This document shows positions 46,361 to 53,622 of a stretch of 64,000 nt of DNA, in pieces. Numbering within the stretch: position 1 is the first letter of the stretch; each line of letters starts with the position of its first letter. Source of the DNA: a virus. Where the stretch lies: IMG/VR virus record IMGVR_UViG_3300005403_000006, one strand, 5' to 3'. The translations under genes and the position numbers were made by a program. The notes beneath the pieces were generated by a model. The model did no database searches. It was not told the DNA's origin and saw nothing but the letters and a program-made list of their open reading frames with translations.

Positions 46361-47134
46361 CTATACCCCCGTTTTCTTATCCCAAATAACTACATGCTCA
46401 CGTGTGGAATAACGTACTCCCTGCTCTATTGCAATATTTAGAACCGTTTCCCTGTTCCGTTCTAATTCTTCACGGGTAGCACCTTGCGGCATAAGTATTA
46501 TTTGTGACTTTTTTATCAAAAGAATTTTAATAAAATCTACCTCTATTTCATCCCAATCCTCTTGCTTTGATACTACAAACTTAAACCAACTATTTGAAAG
46601 TGCTGCTAATTTTTGTAAAACATGGAATTTGAATCTTGCTGCATTAGAATTACCACTATTGATTAATTTAGGACTATTATTCCAGCAAGAAATATACTTT
46701 GTTAATAAAGTACTTGGCATTATAGTACATTCATTTTCAATTTCAATGTAAGGAACAAAACCGTATCGTTCAACAAATCCTTGTATAAAACTAAGTAATT
46801 GAAATTGTTGTTTTAAAGGACTACCTCCTGTTATCACTAAATGTTGTCCTACTCTTAATTTTCGTATCAAATCAAATTCAGGATGTTCCATCATTTCATA
46901 CAGTTCCATAAACGAATAAGGATTTCCAAATCGCCATACTTCTTGCGTGTCACAAAACCCACAATCTAAAACACACCCCTGAAAACGGAGAAAAGCAGCA
47001 GGGCATCCCATATTTACACCTTCTCCTTGAATTGTGTCACAAAAAAATTCCGATATTTCTAAAAACCCATTATCCATATCAACGTACATACGTTTTCTGC
47101 CCGGGTCAGCAGCTATTAATGTTTTAGGATTCAT
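46361..47134 (-). CDS. queE: 7-carboxy-7-deazaguanine synthase (radical SAM)
   Basis: CVLDCGFCDT is the CX3CX2C motif, VITGGSPL the SAM motif. It is adjacent to queD. Confidence 0.85.
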   Translation of the reverse strand: MNPKTLIAADPGRKRMYVDMDNGFLEISEFFCDTIQGEGVNMGCPAAFLRFQGCVLDCGFCDTQEVWRFGNPYSFMELYEMMEHPEFDLIRKLRVGQHLVITGGSPLKQQFQLLSFIQGFVERYGFVPYIEIENECTIMPSTLLTKYISCWNNSPKLINSGNSNAARFKFHVLQKLAALSNSWFKFVVSKQEDWDEIEVDFIKILLIKKSQIILMPQGATREELERNRETVLNIAIEQGVRYSTREHVVIWDKKTGV

Positions 47135-47136
47135 AA

Positions 47137-47496
47137 TTACATATTTGGAACGAACCTACAATTTGTTTTGGGTGTTTCGCTAACTTCTACGGCAGAAACA
47201 CACCACAACATAGTTTGAAACTTGTTGTAAAAATACTCTGCCATATTTTCAGCAGTAGGGTTAAAATCAAGTACATGATTCAGATGTTTGTGGTCTAGGT
47301 TATCATCAATCCATTTTTTGATAATATCCATTCCTCTGTAATCATACACAAACCCTACATTATTCAGTACGGCATTTTTTAGTTCTACTTTTATTACGTA
47401 ATTGTGACCGTGAAGTCGACTGCACGGATGTTCCTCAGGTAAACCATCTAATTGATGTGAGGCGCTAAACGTAAATTCCTTAGTGATTGTAAACAT
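47137..47496 (-). CDS. queD: 6-carboxytetrahydropterin synthase
   Basis: FSASHQL and CSRLHGHNY are the zinc His / catalytic Cys motifs. 119 aa with a strong RBS (AAAGGAGGAAATATG). Confidence 0.9.
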   Translation of the reverse strand: MFTITKEFTFSASHQLDGLPEEHPCSRLHGHNYVIKVELKNAVLNNVGFVYDYRGMDIIKKWIDDNLDHKHLNHVLDFNPTAENMAEYFYNKFQTMLWCVSAVEVSETPKTNCRFVPNM

Positions 47497-47521
47497 ATTT
47501 CCTCCTTTTTTAAATGAACAA

Positions 47522-47790
47522 GTAAAAACCGGGGATGTCGCACCCCGGTGGGCGATTTAAGCAACCATTCTTAATGGCTGATTAAACATTTGAATTGTTT
47601 TGCCGTTTAAAGCACATAAACACCCTCCTTATCCCACTATTTCGCTGTCAAAACCAAGTCAGCCCCTTAAAACCAGTTTATAGAGTTATTGGTAACCTCC
47701 CACTTTCTAACTGCAAAGTGGAGCTGCCGGGAGTCGAACCCGGGTCCAAACAAAACGTCAAAATAAATCAACGGATATTTAATATTTTAC
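47522..47790 (-). ncRNA. ssrA: candidate circularly permuted (two-piece) tmRNA gene
   Basis: The minus strand first shows GGAC-CCGGG-UUCGACU-CCCGG-CAGCUCC-A (47747..47719), which is a T-arm, a 3' acceptor strand and a discriminator. A 52-nt spacer follows, then GGGGCUGACUUGGUUUUGACAGCG (from 47666). GGGGCUG pairs with CAGCUCC and includes a G3:U wobble. A short tag-like ORF and a terminator hairpin lie downstream. Confidence 0.7.
47524..47548 (-). terminator. intrinsic terminator ending the tmRNA-like transcript
   Basis: On the minus strand, CCGGGG-tgcgacat-CCCCGG is followed by TTTTT. It lies 25 nt before the queD RBS. Confidence 0.65.
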
Positions 47791-47820
47791 AAATATACTT
47801 ATTTATATGATTGTAGAAAG
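47790..47820 (-). promoter_or_regulatory. candidate promoter of the tmRNA-like gene (TTTC-N19-TATATTTG)
   Basis: A perfect -7 box, TATATTTG, lies immediately after the helicase stop. The -33 element is imperfect (TTTC). Confidence 0.4.
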
Positions 47821-49364
47821 GGCCTTCCTTTCTTTAAATTCTGCAATACTGTAACCTCATCCTTATAATTGAAATCCTCTTCCCTACTTATTATCTTATT
47901 TATTCGCATTATTCCTAATTTCTTTTCTCTACCGTTCTTGTCTTGATTTAACCCATACATTGCGGTAACGTGTGCATACTTTCTTTTGTCCTCACTAAAA
48001 TTATGCAATGACAACCTATCAGTATCATAACTATCCGCATCCGCTTGTGTAGGTGAAATAACTAAGGGTAAAATCTCTCCTATTTTAGTTTGACTTAATG
48101 AACGTAATTCTTTCCAAGTCTGATTCTGTTGGTGTCTAAATTCCATCTTTACACTTGGTACTAATAAATCCGCATAATCAATTAAAATAATATCAGGTGC
48201 AAATCGTTCAGAATCCCACCACGTTCTTAAAATATCCTTTATATTAGATACTGACAATGTTCCGTTAGCATGTGTGGATAATTTAAAATTCCGTTTATTC
48301 CTGATAAAAAACTTCTTTACTAACTTAATCATTCCTTCTTCATCGAGAGGACGAACTTCCTCTACTTTCTTTACAAACGGTACCCCCCATTTATGCTTTG
48401 CATACTCTAAACAGTTCCAACAAGGTTGATATTCAGGGCGTTCTTTTGCTGCATCCACTAATTCCTCAAAAGTCTTTTTCCTTATTGTTTCTTCATCATC
48501 TCCATCAAATAAAGGTACATCAAATTCTCTTAATTTATGCACACATTCTCCTGTTTGATTGTGGATACAATCTCTTACCGATTCATAATGTACACCACAA
48601 TATTTCTCTAAATTACTTCTTTTAGCTAAATAAACACCAATTCGTTTTAATTGTTCACCTTCATTCATATCTCCCGCTTGAAAAAAAGCTACTTTTCTCC
48701 CTTGTCGGGATGCTTTAATAGCAAGTTCTAGGAGAATAAAGCTCTTACCCCTCTTTTCAGAAGCCATAAAACTAACAAAAGAACCTCTAGTAAACTGACT
48801 ATTCCAAAATTCACCCAATGCCTTAGGAAAACATATAATAGGTTGTCCTACTTCTGCAAATGCTTGTCGTATCCTATCTAAATGTTTACGTTCACTTAAA
48901 TCAATTGTGCTATCCTCACTATCAGATAAAGGTGAAAATTGATTGACAAATTCCTCAGCATTTTTAATACGTTCCTCGACACTCCCTACTTTATTTGATA
49001 GCAAACTATCAACAGATTGTGAAAGTATCTCTAATCTACGTTTCCTGAAGTACTTAAACGTTTCCGTGTATAAATACTCAACATTGAAATCTTTATTAGT
49101 ATATTCAGAACTTAACCCAGGCAATATATCCTCTTCAATCTCCTCAGCAACATCTTTATTCAACCCTTCCCTAATCTTTTGTAAAAGAATTCCTTCTATA
49201 TTATTTTTAGGAGCAATTTCATGGTCTTTGTAATATGAAAAAACCCAGGTAGCAATTTGTTTAGCCACCGAAGATTCTATGTAATCATTATTCCAAATAC
49301 CTTTTACTTTTCTAAGGTATTCTGTGGAAACTATAAGTCCTATAATTATTTGTCGTTCTATCAT
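47799..49364 (-). CDS. replicative DNA helicase (DnaB / RecA-fold hexameric type)
   Basis: Walker A context FMASEKRGKSFILLELA and Walker B-like IILIDYADLL. 521 aa, located in the replication module. Confidence 0.6.
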   Translation of the reverse strand: MIERQIIIGLIVSTEYLRKVKGIWNNDYIESSVAKQIATWVFSYYKDHEIAPKNNIEGILLQKIREGLNKDVAEEIEEDILPGLSSEYTNKDFNVEYLYTETFKYFRKRRLEILSQSVDSLLSNKVGSVEERIKNAEEFVNQFSPLSDSEDSTIDLSERKHLDRIRQAFAEVGQPIICFPKALGEFWNSQFTRGSFVSFMASEKRGKSFILLELAIKASRQGRKVAFFQAGDMNEGEQLKRIGVYLAKRSNLEKYCGVHYESVRDCIHNQTGECVHKLREFDVPLFDGDDEETIRKKTFEELVDAAKERPEYQPCWNCLEYAKHKWGVPFVKKVEEVRPLDEEGMIKLVKKFFIRNKRNFKLSTHANGTLSVSNIKDILRTWWDSERFAPDIILIDYADLLVPSVKMEFRHQQNQTWKELRSLSQTKIGEILPLVISPTQADADSYDTDRLSLHNFSEDKRKYAHVTAMYGLNQDKNGREKKLGIMRINKIISREEDFNYKDEVTVLQNLKKGRPFLQSYK

Positions 49365-49495
49365 ATTGCTAAAGGTAATTTATGTAAAACTTGTGTACTT
49401 ACTTGGGAATATATTTCAATAGTTCTTTTAGAATAATTAAAATATTTTAGCTTTTGTTCATACATCTTTAAAATAGTATCATGTTTATCTTTCAT
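49361..49495 (-). CDS. small ORF (44 aa) translationally coupled to the helicase
   Basis: My translation is MKDKHDTILKMYEQKLKYFNYSKRTIEIYSQVSTQVLHKLPLAI. Its TGA overlaps the helicase ATG (ATATGA). Confidence 0.3.
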   Translation of the reverse strand: MKDKHDTILKMYEQKLKYFNYSKRTIEIYSQVSTQVLHKLPLAI

Positions 49496-49518
49496 AATCA
49501 AATAGTTATACGTTAAAA

Positions 49519-49543
49519 TTGATATATAATAGTTAGGCACAAT
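49519..49543 (+). repeat. intergenic element TTGATATATAATAGTTAGGCACAAT (left arm around the methyltransferase)
   Basis: See 40624-40648. Confidence 0.85.
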
Positions 49544-49568
49544 ACTAAGACCGTGCTTCGTTGATACA

Positions 49569-50369
49569 TTAGTTTAAGTTTGGAAAATGTTCTTTTAAAT
49601 ATTTACTAATCATCCAATGTTTAAGTTTTGGTGTGGCAGTCATATTATATAGTTCTTTCCAATCAACACTTTGAATAAGTTCCTTAATCTTATCTTTATA
49701 TTCAATGTTTATTATAGTAAAATATATTTGTTGACAATACTGTCCGTCATATTCACAAATTTTACCAACACTTGCACCAAATCCACACACACTAAAATAA
49801 TAAGTTTCAGGAATTTTATCGTTTCTACTTTTACCAGTTGCAACACCAGTTAATTTAACATCTTCCAAATCGAAGTTTGGTTTTTTGTTTAAACCATTTT
49901 TATTTCTTTTGTATATATTTAATACACAATGAACGGTTCTATCACTATATTTTCTTTTACCCAAATCCTCGCTGTTAACCAAATCAAACTCATACATATA
50001 CATATTATTGTTTAATTGGCTTATTGGTAATATAAAAGAAACATAATCACCTTGCGTTATTGCTTTCTTAAAAAACTGTACACTTGTATAATTTCCTTTA
50101 CCGTAAGGTGGGTTTCCAATTACACATCTACCTTTAAAATATGGTAAATCTAATTCTAAGTAGTTTTTTTGTTCAATATTTTCCGCTTCTGGTTCAATAT
50201 CAAAAGCAAGGTAATTGTTATCTAAATAAGGTAAAAATACACCTGCCCCTGCACTTGGCTCTAACCATTCTGTTATATTTTCAACTCCAATTACTTCCTT
50301 TGTTTTCTTTACACAATATTCCGCTAAATCAGAAGGTGTGTAGTATTTGTCTAAATTTATTTTTGCCAT
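49569..50369 (-). CDS. amino-methyltransferase (N6-adenine-type: motif I EPSAGAGVF, motif IV NPPYGK)
   Basis: Motif I comes before motif IV and the ORF is 266 aa. It is bracketed by inverted GTTAGGCACA elements. Confidence 0.75.
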   Translation of the reverse strand: MAKINLDKYYTPSDLAEYCVKKTKEVIGVENITEWLEPSAGAGVFLPYLDNNYLAFDIEPEAENIEQKNYLELDLPYFKGRCVIGNPPYGKGNYTSVQFFKKAITQGDYVSFILPISQLNNNMYMYEFDLVNSEDLGKRKYSDRTVHCVLNIYKRNKNGLNKKPNFDLEDVKLTGVATGKSRNDKIPETYYFSVCGFGASVGKICEYDGQYCQQIYFTIINIEYKDKIKELIQSVDWKELYNMTATPKLKHWMISKYLKEHFPNLN

Positions 50370-50398
50370 TTCTAATTAATTTTAAATTTGTAAAAAGT

Positions 50399-50411
50399 AC
50401 TGTGCCTAACA
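50399..50411 (+). repeat. ACTGTGCCTAACA (right arm around the methyltransferase)
   Basis: Inverted partner of 49532-49543, 29 nt upstream (gene sense) of the methyltransferase ATG. Confidence 0.85.
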
Positions 50412-50486
50412 CCGTGTATAAGCAATGGCACGGATAGTTTTGTGTTAATTTTAAAGTGTGTACAAGTGCCACTGCTCATACACGAA

Positions 50487-50557
50487 CCGTTGTGTGCAAT
50501 AGCCTTTCTTCGTAGCAAGGTTACTGCTTAATAAATCTTTTTTATTTAATTTTTTGC
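50487..50557 (+). repeat. about 70-bp direct repeat, copy 1 (overlaps the last 5 codons and stop of the PAPS-reductase-like gene)
   Basis: CCGTTGTGTGCAATAGCCTTTCTTCGTAGCAAGGTTA...TTAATAAA...TTTTTTATTTAATT.TTTGC is about 90 percent identical to 52472-52541. Confidence 0.9.
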
Positions 50558-51321
50558 CAGCCCGCCTCAATTTTTTCAAAACTGTAAGGAAAAAACTCTG
50601 CCATTGTTTTGCCACTTAACCACCATTGCATCGCAAGTTCTCCATCAAAGTCAGTAGCACAGCTTAATTTCCATTGTGGATTTTTAATCATTCCTTTTGT
50701 TATTGCCCGTTTAATTGCATCATAATATTTAGGGTACAAATCAAATTCAGCCTGTCTTGCACCTTTTCTACTTACCAATGGGCAACCAACACAACCAAGC
50801 CTAAAAGCACCCGTTTTGTAATGTGGAGCAAGTTCAATATTATACTTATCAATCAATTCGTACACATCATCATCTTTCCAATCGTAAATAGGGTAAATGT
50901 GTTGGCTACCTTTTTGCCATTTGCGGTTATCACATTGAACATAATCTCTATTTTGCCTATTTCTACTTTCAGCACTTCGCACACCCTCAAATACATTTTT
51001 ACCAACAGAACCATACTCTTTCAAGAACTCACAACAAAATCTATTTAATCGTGTGGGCAATCCTTTTCGCTCAACTAATTGGTAAAATGATTCCTTTGGT
51101 TGTAGTATTTCTGTGTGCGGGTAATTTGATTTAATATGACTAATTGTTTTAGGTGGGTCAATTGTAGTATTAGTATAGTAGCTTTTATAGTCTATGCCGC
51201 TTTTCTGCAATAAAAAATCAACTACAGCACTATCCTTTCCGCCACTATTTCCAGCGTTTAAATTGGTCATATTTCTACCAATTGTTTGTATAAACTTTAT
51301 TGCTTTATCTTCTAAAATCAT
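50542..51321 (-). CDS. PAPS reductase / PP-loop ATP pyrophosphatase family protein
   Basis: Contains the PP-loop NSGGKDSAV and CxxC-type Cys residues near the C-terminus (RLGCVGCPL). It has a strong RBS (GGGAGGGG). Confidence 0.7.
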   Translation of the reverse strand: MILEDKAIKFIQTIGRNMTNLNAGNSGGKDSAVVDFLLQKSGIDYKSYYTNTTIDPPKTISHIKSNYPHTEILQPKESFYQLVERKGLPTRLNRFCCEFLKEYGSVGKNVFEGVRSAESRNRQNRDYVQCDNRKWQKGSQHIYPIYDWKDDDVYELIDKYNIELAPHYKTGAFRLGCVGCPLVSRKGARQAEFDLYPKYYDAIKRAITKGMIKNPQWKLSCATDFDGELAMQWWLSGKTMAEFFPYSFEKIEAGWQKIK

Positions 51322-51556
51322 AAAAAACCCCTCCCTAAAAAATTAAATAAAAAAGTGTTTGTACTTCGATTGAACAGAAAAAAGCTACATGCACACAACA
51401 CACGGTATAAGCAAAAACCGTTGCAGTGCGTACGTCAAAGTATGTAGTTCTAAATCAAGTTCATATCGTGTTGATAATGTTGTGTTTCAAAATCGGTTTC
51501 AGCTCATACCGTCACCGTTAGTTGCAAGCATAGAAACCGCCTGCCACTTTGATAAT

Positions 51557-51772
51557 TTAGAGCGATTCGAGAGCTTCACGAGCCGCTTTCTGTTTTGCTT
51601 CTTTTTGATTAATTCCAGAAGCTGTGAAAATTTCACCATTTGGAAGTTCAATTTCAACAGAAATTACTGGACAATGGTCAGCACCTACTTTGTTTGTTAC
51701 TCTCGTTTCAATGTTTGCTCCAAATCTCTTTTGGATTTTTTCAGCAAGTTCTACAATCGGATTTGTGTTCAT
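51557..51772 (-). CDS. double-stranded RNA-binding domain (dsRBD) protein, probably the 3' part of a longer frameshifted gene
   Basis: GADHCPVISVEIELPNGEIFTASGINQKEAKQKAAREALESL fits the dsRBD consensus. The frame stays open 60 codons upstream of the first ATG. Confidence 0.6.
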   Translation of the reverse strand: MNTNPIVELAEKIQKRFGANIETRVTNKVGADHCPVISVEIELPNGEIFTASGINQKEAKQKAAREALESL

Positions 51773-52024
51773 TTCGTTTAAGTTTTTAATAGTTAATAAA
51801 TTTTTTTCTATTTTCTCAAATATGCCTTTAACAGCAAATCTGATGTCTTTTTCTTTTACTCGCTTATTTGAAACATTAGCAAGTAATTGTTCTGTTGACT
51901 CAGGTTCGTTCTCAACGAGAAATGAGAATTTTTCGTCACCTTCTTTTTGGTAAAAAAAACTATTGTTTTACCGTTTTGACTAAACTTTTTCATTTTGATA
52001 AGTATAAATGCCAGCCACTAACAT

Positions 52025-52135
52025 ACAATAACCGCAAGTGGGGGCTGGTTGCCAGCTTGAAGTTATCTGCTCCTAATTTAGTTTACGTCAGGTTGAAAGG
52101 TCGGTGCATTTAATCCCCCACCTGACGGTTATTGT
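52025..52135. other. GC-rich structured element with long interrupted inverted repeats
   Basis: ACAATAACCG (52025-52034) pairs with CGGTTATTGT (52126-52135), and GTGGGGG (52038-52044) pairs with CCCCCAC (52115-52121). An internal hairpin, GCTGG-ttg-CCAGC, is present. A competing 8-bp stem is CGTCAGGT (52086-52093) with ACCTGACG (52120-52127). Confidence 0.6.
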
Positions 52136-52141
52136 CAGCCG

Positions 52142-52411
52142 TTAGCAACCAGCTTTTAGAAGCCTCCATCCATTTACTTTATCAATCTCAAAACTGTTGT
52201 TTTCAATGTGAAATCCATCTTTATAGAATTTATTGAAATGGAGGCTAAAAACACCCCTATATTTACGCTTCCCTACTAATAGCATTAATGGTTTTGAAAA
52301 ATACCTATTCTTTTCTGAGGCTTTCGGTAACTCATATTTAGGCGAAATAAAACCGTTTGCTAACAGCGTATTAACTTTATTGCCTTCCTGCTTTTTAGAT
52401 ATATTTTCCAT
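52142..52411 (-). CDS. hypothetical protein
   Basis: 89-aa ORF on the coding strand. Confidence 0.45.
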   Translation of the reverse strand: MENISKKQEGNKVNTLLANGFISPKYELPKASEKNRYFSKPLMLLVGKRKYRGVFSLHFNKFYKDGFHIENNSFEIDKVNGWRLLKAGC

Positions 52412-52471
52412 AATTCGATATTTTAGTGGTTGTTAATAATTATTTTTATTGGCAACAAAGCCAATACGCAG

Positions 52472-52541
52472 CCGTTGTGTGCAATAGCCTTTCTTCGTAG
52501 CAAGGTTAGTACTTAATAAACTTTTTTATTTAATTCTTTGC
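52472..52541 (+). repeat. about 70-bp direct repeat, copy 2
   Basis: See copy 1. The two copies start 1985 bp apart. Confidence 0.9.
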
Positions 52542-52574
52542 TCCCTGTTTAGTTTTTTTTATAAATATCGTCCA

Positions 52575-52742
52575 TCACTCGGTTATTTTGTGATAAATAT
52601 ATAGCCCTACTAAATTAAACGCTATTACAAGCCCCCAAAATTCCCAAGTAAACACATCTATACCTGAAAATGCAAGTAGTGCTCCTATATAAATAGCCCA
52701 AATTATTATAAATACTATTTTCTTTTCTGCTATTGCTTTCAT
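52575..52742 (-). CDS. small membrane protein (55 aa)
   Basis: My translation is MKAIAEKKIVFIIIWAIYIGALLAFSGIDVFTWEFWGLVIAFNLVGLYIYHKITE, with two hydrophobic helices. It starts 30 nt downstream of a consensus promoter. Confidence 0.4.
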   Translation of the reverse strand: MKAIAEKKIVFIIIWAIYIGALLAFSGIDVFTWEFWGLVIAFNLVGLYIYHKITE

Positions 52743-52772
52743 TATGGTACGTTTTAATTAATAATTGAAGCA

Positions 52773-52805
52773 CAAATATATACAAATATATTTAATATAA
52801 ACAAA
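52773..52805 (-). promoter_or_regulatory. Bacteroidota-type promoter TTTG-N21-TATATTTG
   Basis: The minus strand reads AAAAAAAGTTTG-(21 nt)-TATATTTG, 30 nt before the ATG at 52742. Confidence 0.6.
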
Positions 52806-52832
52806 CTTTTTTTAAAAACTTTTTTAAAATAA

Positions 52833-53507
52833 TTAATCTTTAGTTGTGAATACTATACTTCCAGCATGTTCCTGTAATCTACGCAAAAGACGTTTACCAT
52901 TATCCGATACTGCAATTTCTGCTTCGGTTAAATTTGTAGTAATTAAAGTAGGTAAAAAACTACTATGCCTATAATCCACAATAGTGTATAGAATATTCAT
53001 TGCATATTCAGTTACCATCCCTCCTGAAAATAAATCATCAATTAATAGTACCTTAGCCGTTTTGTACGTATCATATACGGAACTTTCTGAAATATCCTTA
53101 TCATTAATTGCTTGTTTGAACTTTTGTATAAGTTCTGAATATTCCACGTACACCACTTTACAAGTATTCAAAGGGTAACTAACAGAAATTATTGAGGCTA
53201 TTATATATTTAGATAACAAAAATAACGTCTTTCCTGAATGTACTGGCCCTGTAAGAAACATTGAACCAACTGATAACGTTGTATAATCAGCCAATTCATC
53301 ATTGCTTAAATAGTACTTGTATGTTTCAGAAAGCACCTTAGGAGGAATTTTTAGATTGTGTAAAACGGTATATACTTTTGCTTCAAATATTTCCATAGGC
53401 TGATGTTTCTTTGTAATACTTGGATGAATTTTAAAAGCATCATTTTCAGGAATTACTAAATTTTTTACTAAATCCTCAAGATGCTGTTGAATTACATTGT
53501 GTTTCAT
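52833..53507 (-). CDS. DnaC/IstB-like AAA+ helicase loader
   Basis: Walker A LTGPVHSGKTLFL and Walker B VLLIDDLF. It lies downstream of the initiator-like gene. Confidence 0.6.
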   Translation of the reverse strand: MKHNVIQQHLEDLVKNLVIPENDAFKIHPSITKKHQPMEIFEAKVYTVLHNLKIPPKVLSETYKYYLSNDELADYTTLSVGSMFLTGPVHSGKTLFLLSKYIIASIISVSYPLNTCKVVYVEYSELIQKFKQAINDKDISESSVYDTYKTAKVLLIDDLFSGGMVTEYAMNILYTIVDYRHSSFLPTLITTNLTEAEIAVSDNGKRLLRRLQEHAGSIVFTTKD

Positions 53508-53622
53508 ATCTGTATATTTATTAGGTTTAGATTCCTACGTGTAAAATTTAAAGTATAATAGTAAAGTAGTACATTATCACAACTATTTGAAAGCCTATTC
53601 ATTTAAAGTATATTTCCTATTG

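Noticed and set aside
47719-47747. Whether the tRNA-like 3' end is an ordinary tRNA gene or an attP core for integration into a host tRNA/tmRNA gene
   Set aside because: No cloverleaf can be built from the sequence upstream of it. The matching 5' acceptor strand (GGGGCUG) and the tmRNA-type GGUUUUGAC block lie downstream, not upstream. An attP fragment would not carry the 5' end of the gene, and no integrase is present in the window.
49361-49495. Whether the 44-aa ORF, which resembles the N-terminal SAM-like segment of tyrosine recombinases (YSKRTIEIY), indicates an integrase remnant and a temperate lifestyle
   Set aside because: The resemblance is a short, low-information pattern. No catalytic domain, repressor or att-like structure accompanies it. 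The ORF is kept only as a low-confidence small CDS.
52527-52577. Possible TGA readthrough extending the 55-aa membrane ORF by 14 codons into the second 70-bp repeat
   Set aside because: The extension is short and open by chance at reasonable probability. No other evidence for TGA reassignment exists in the window.
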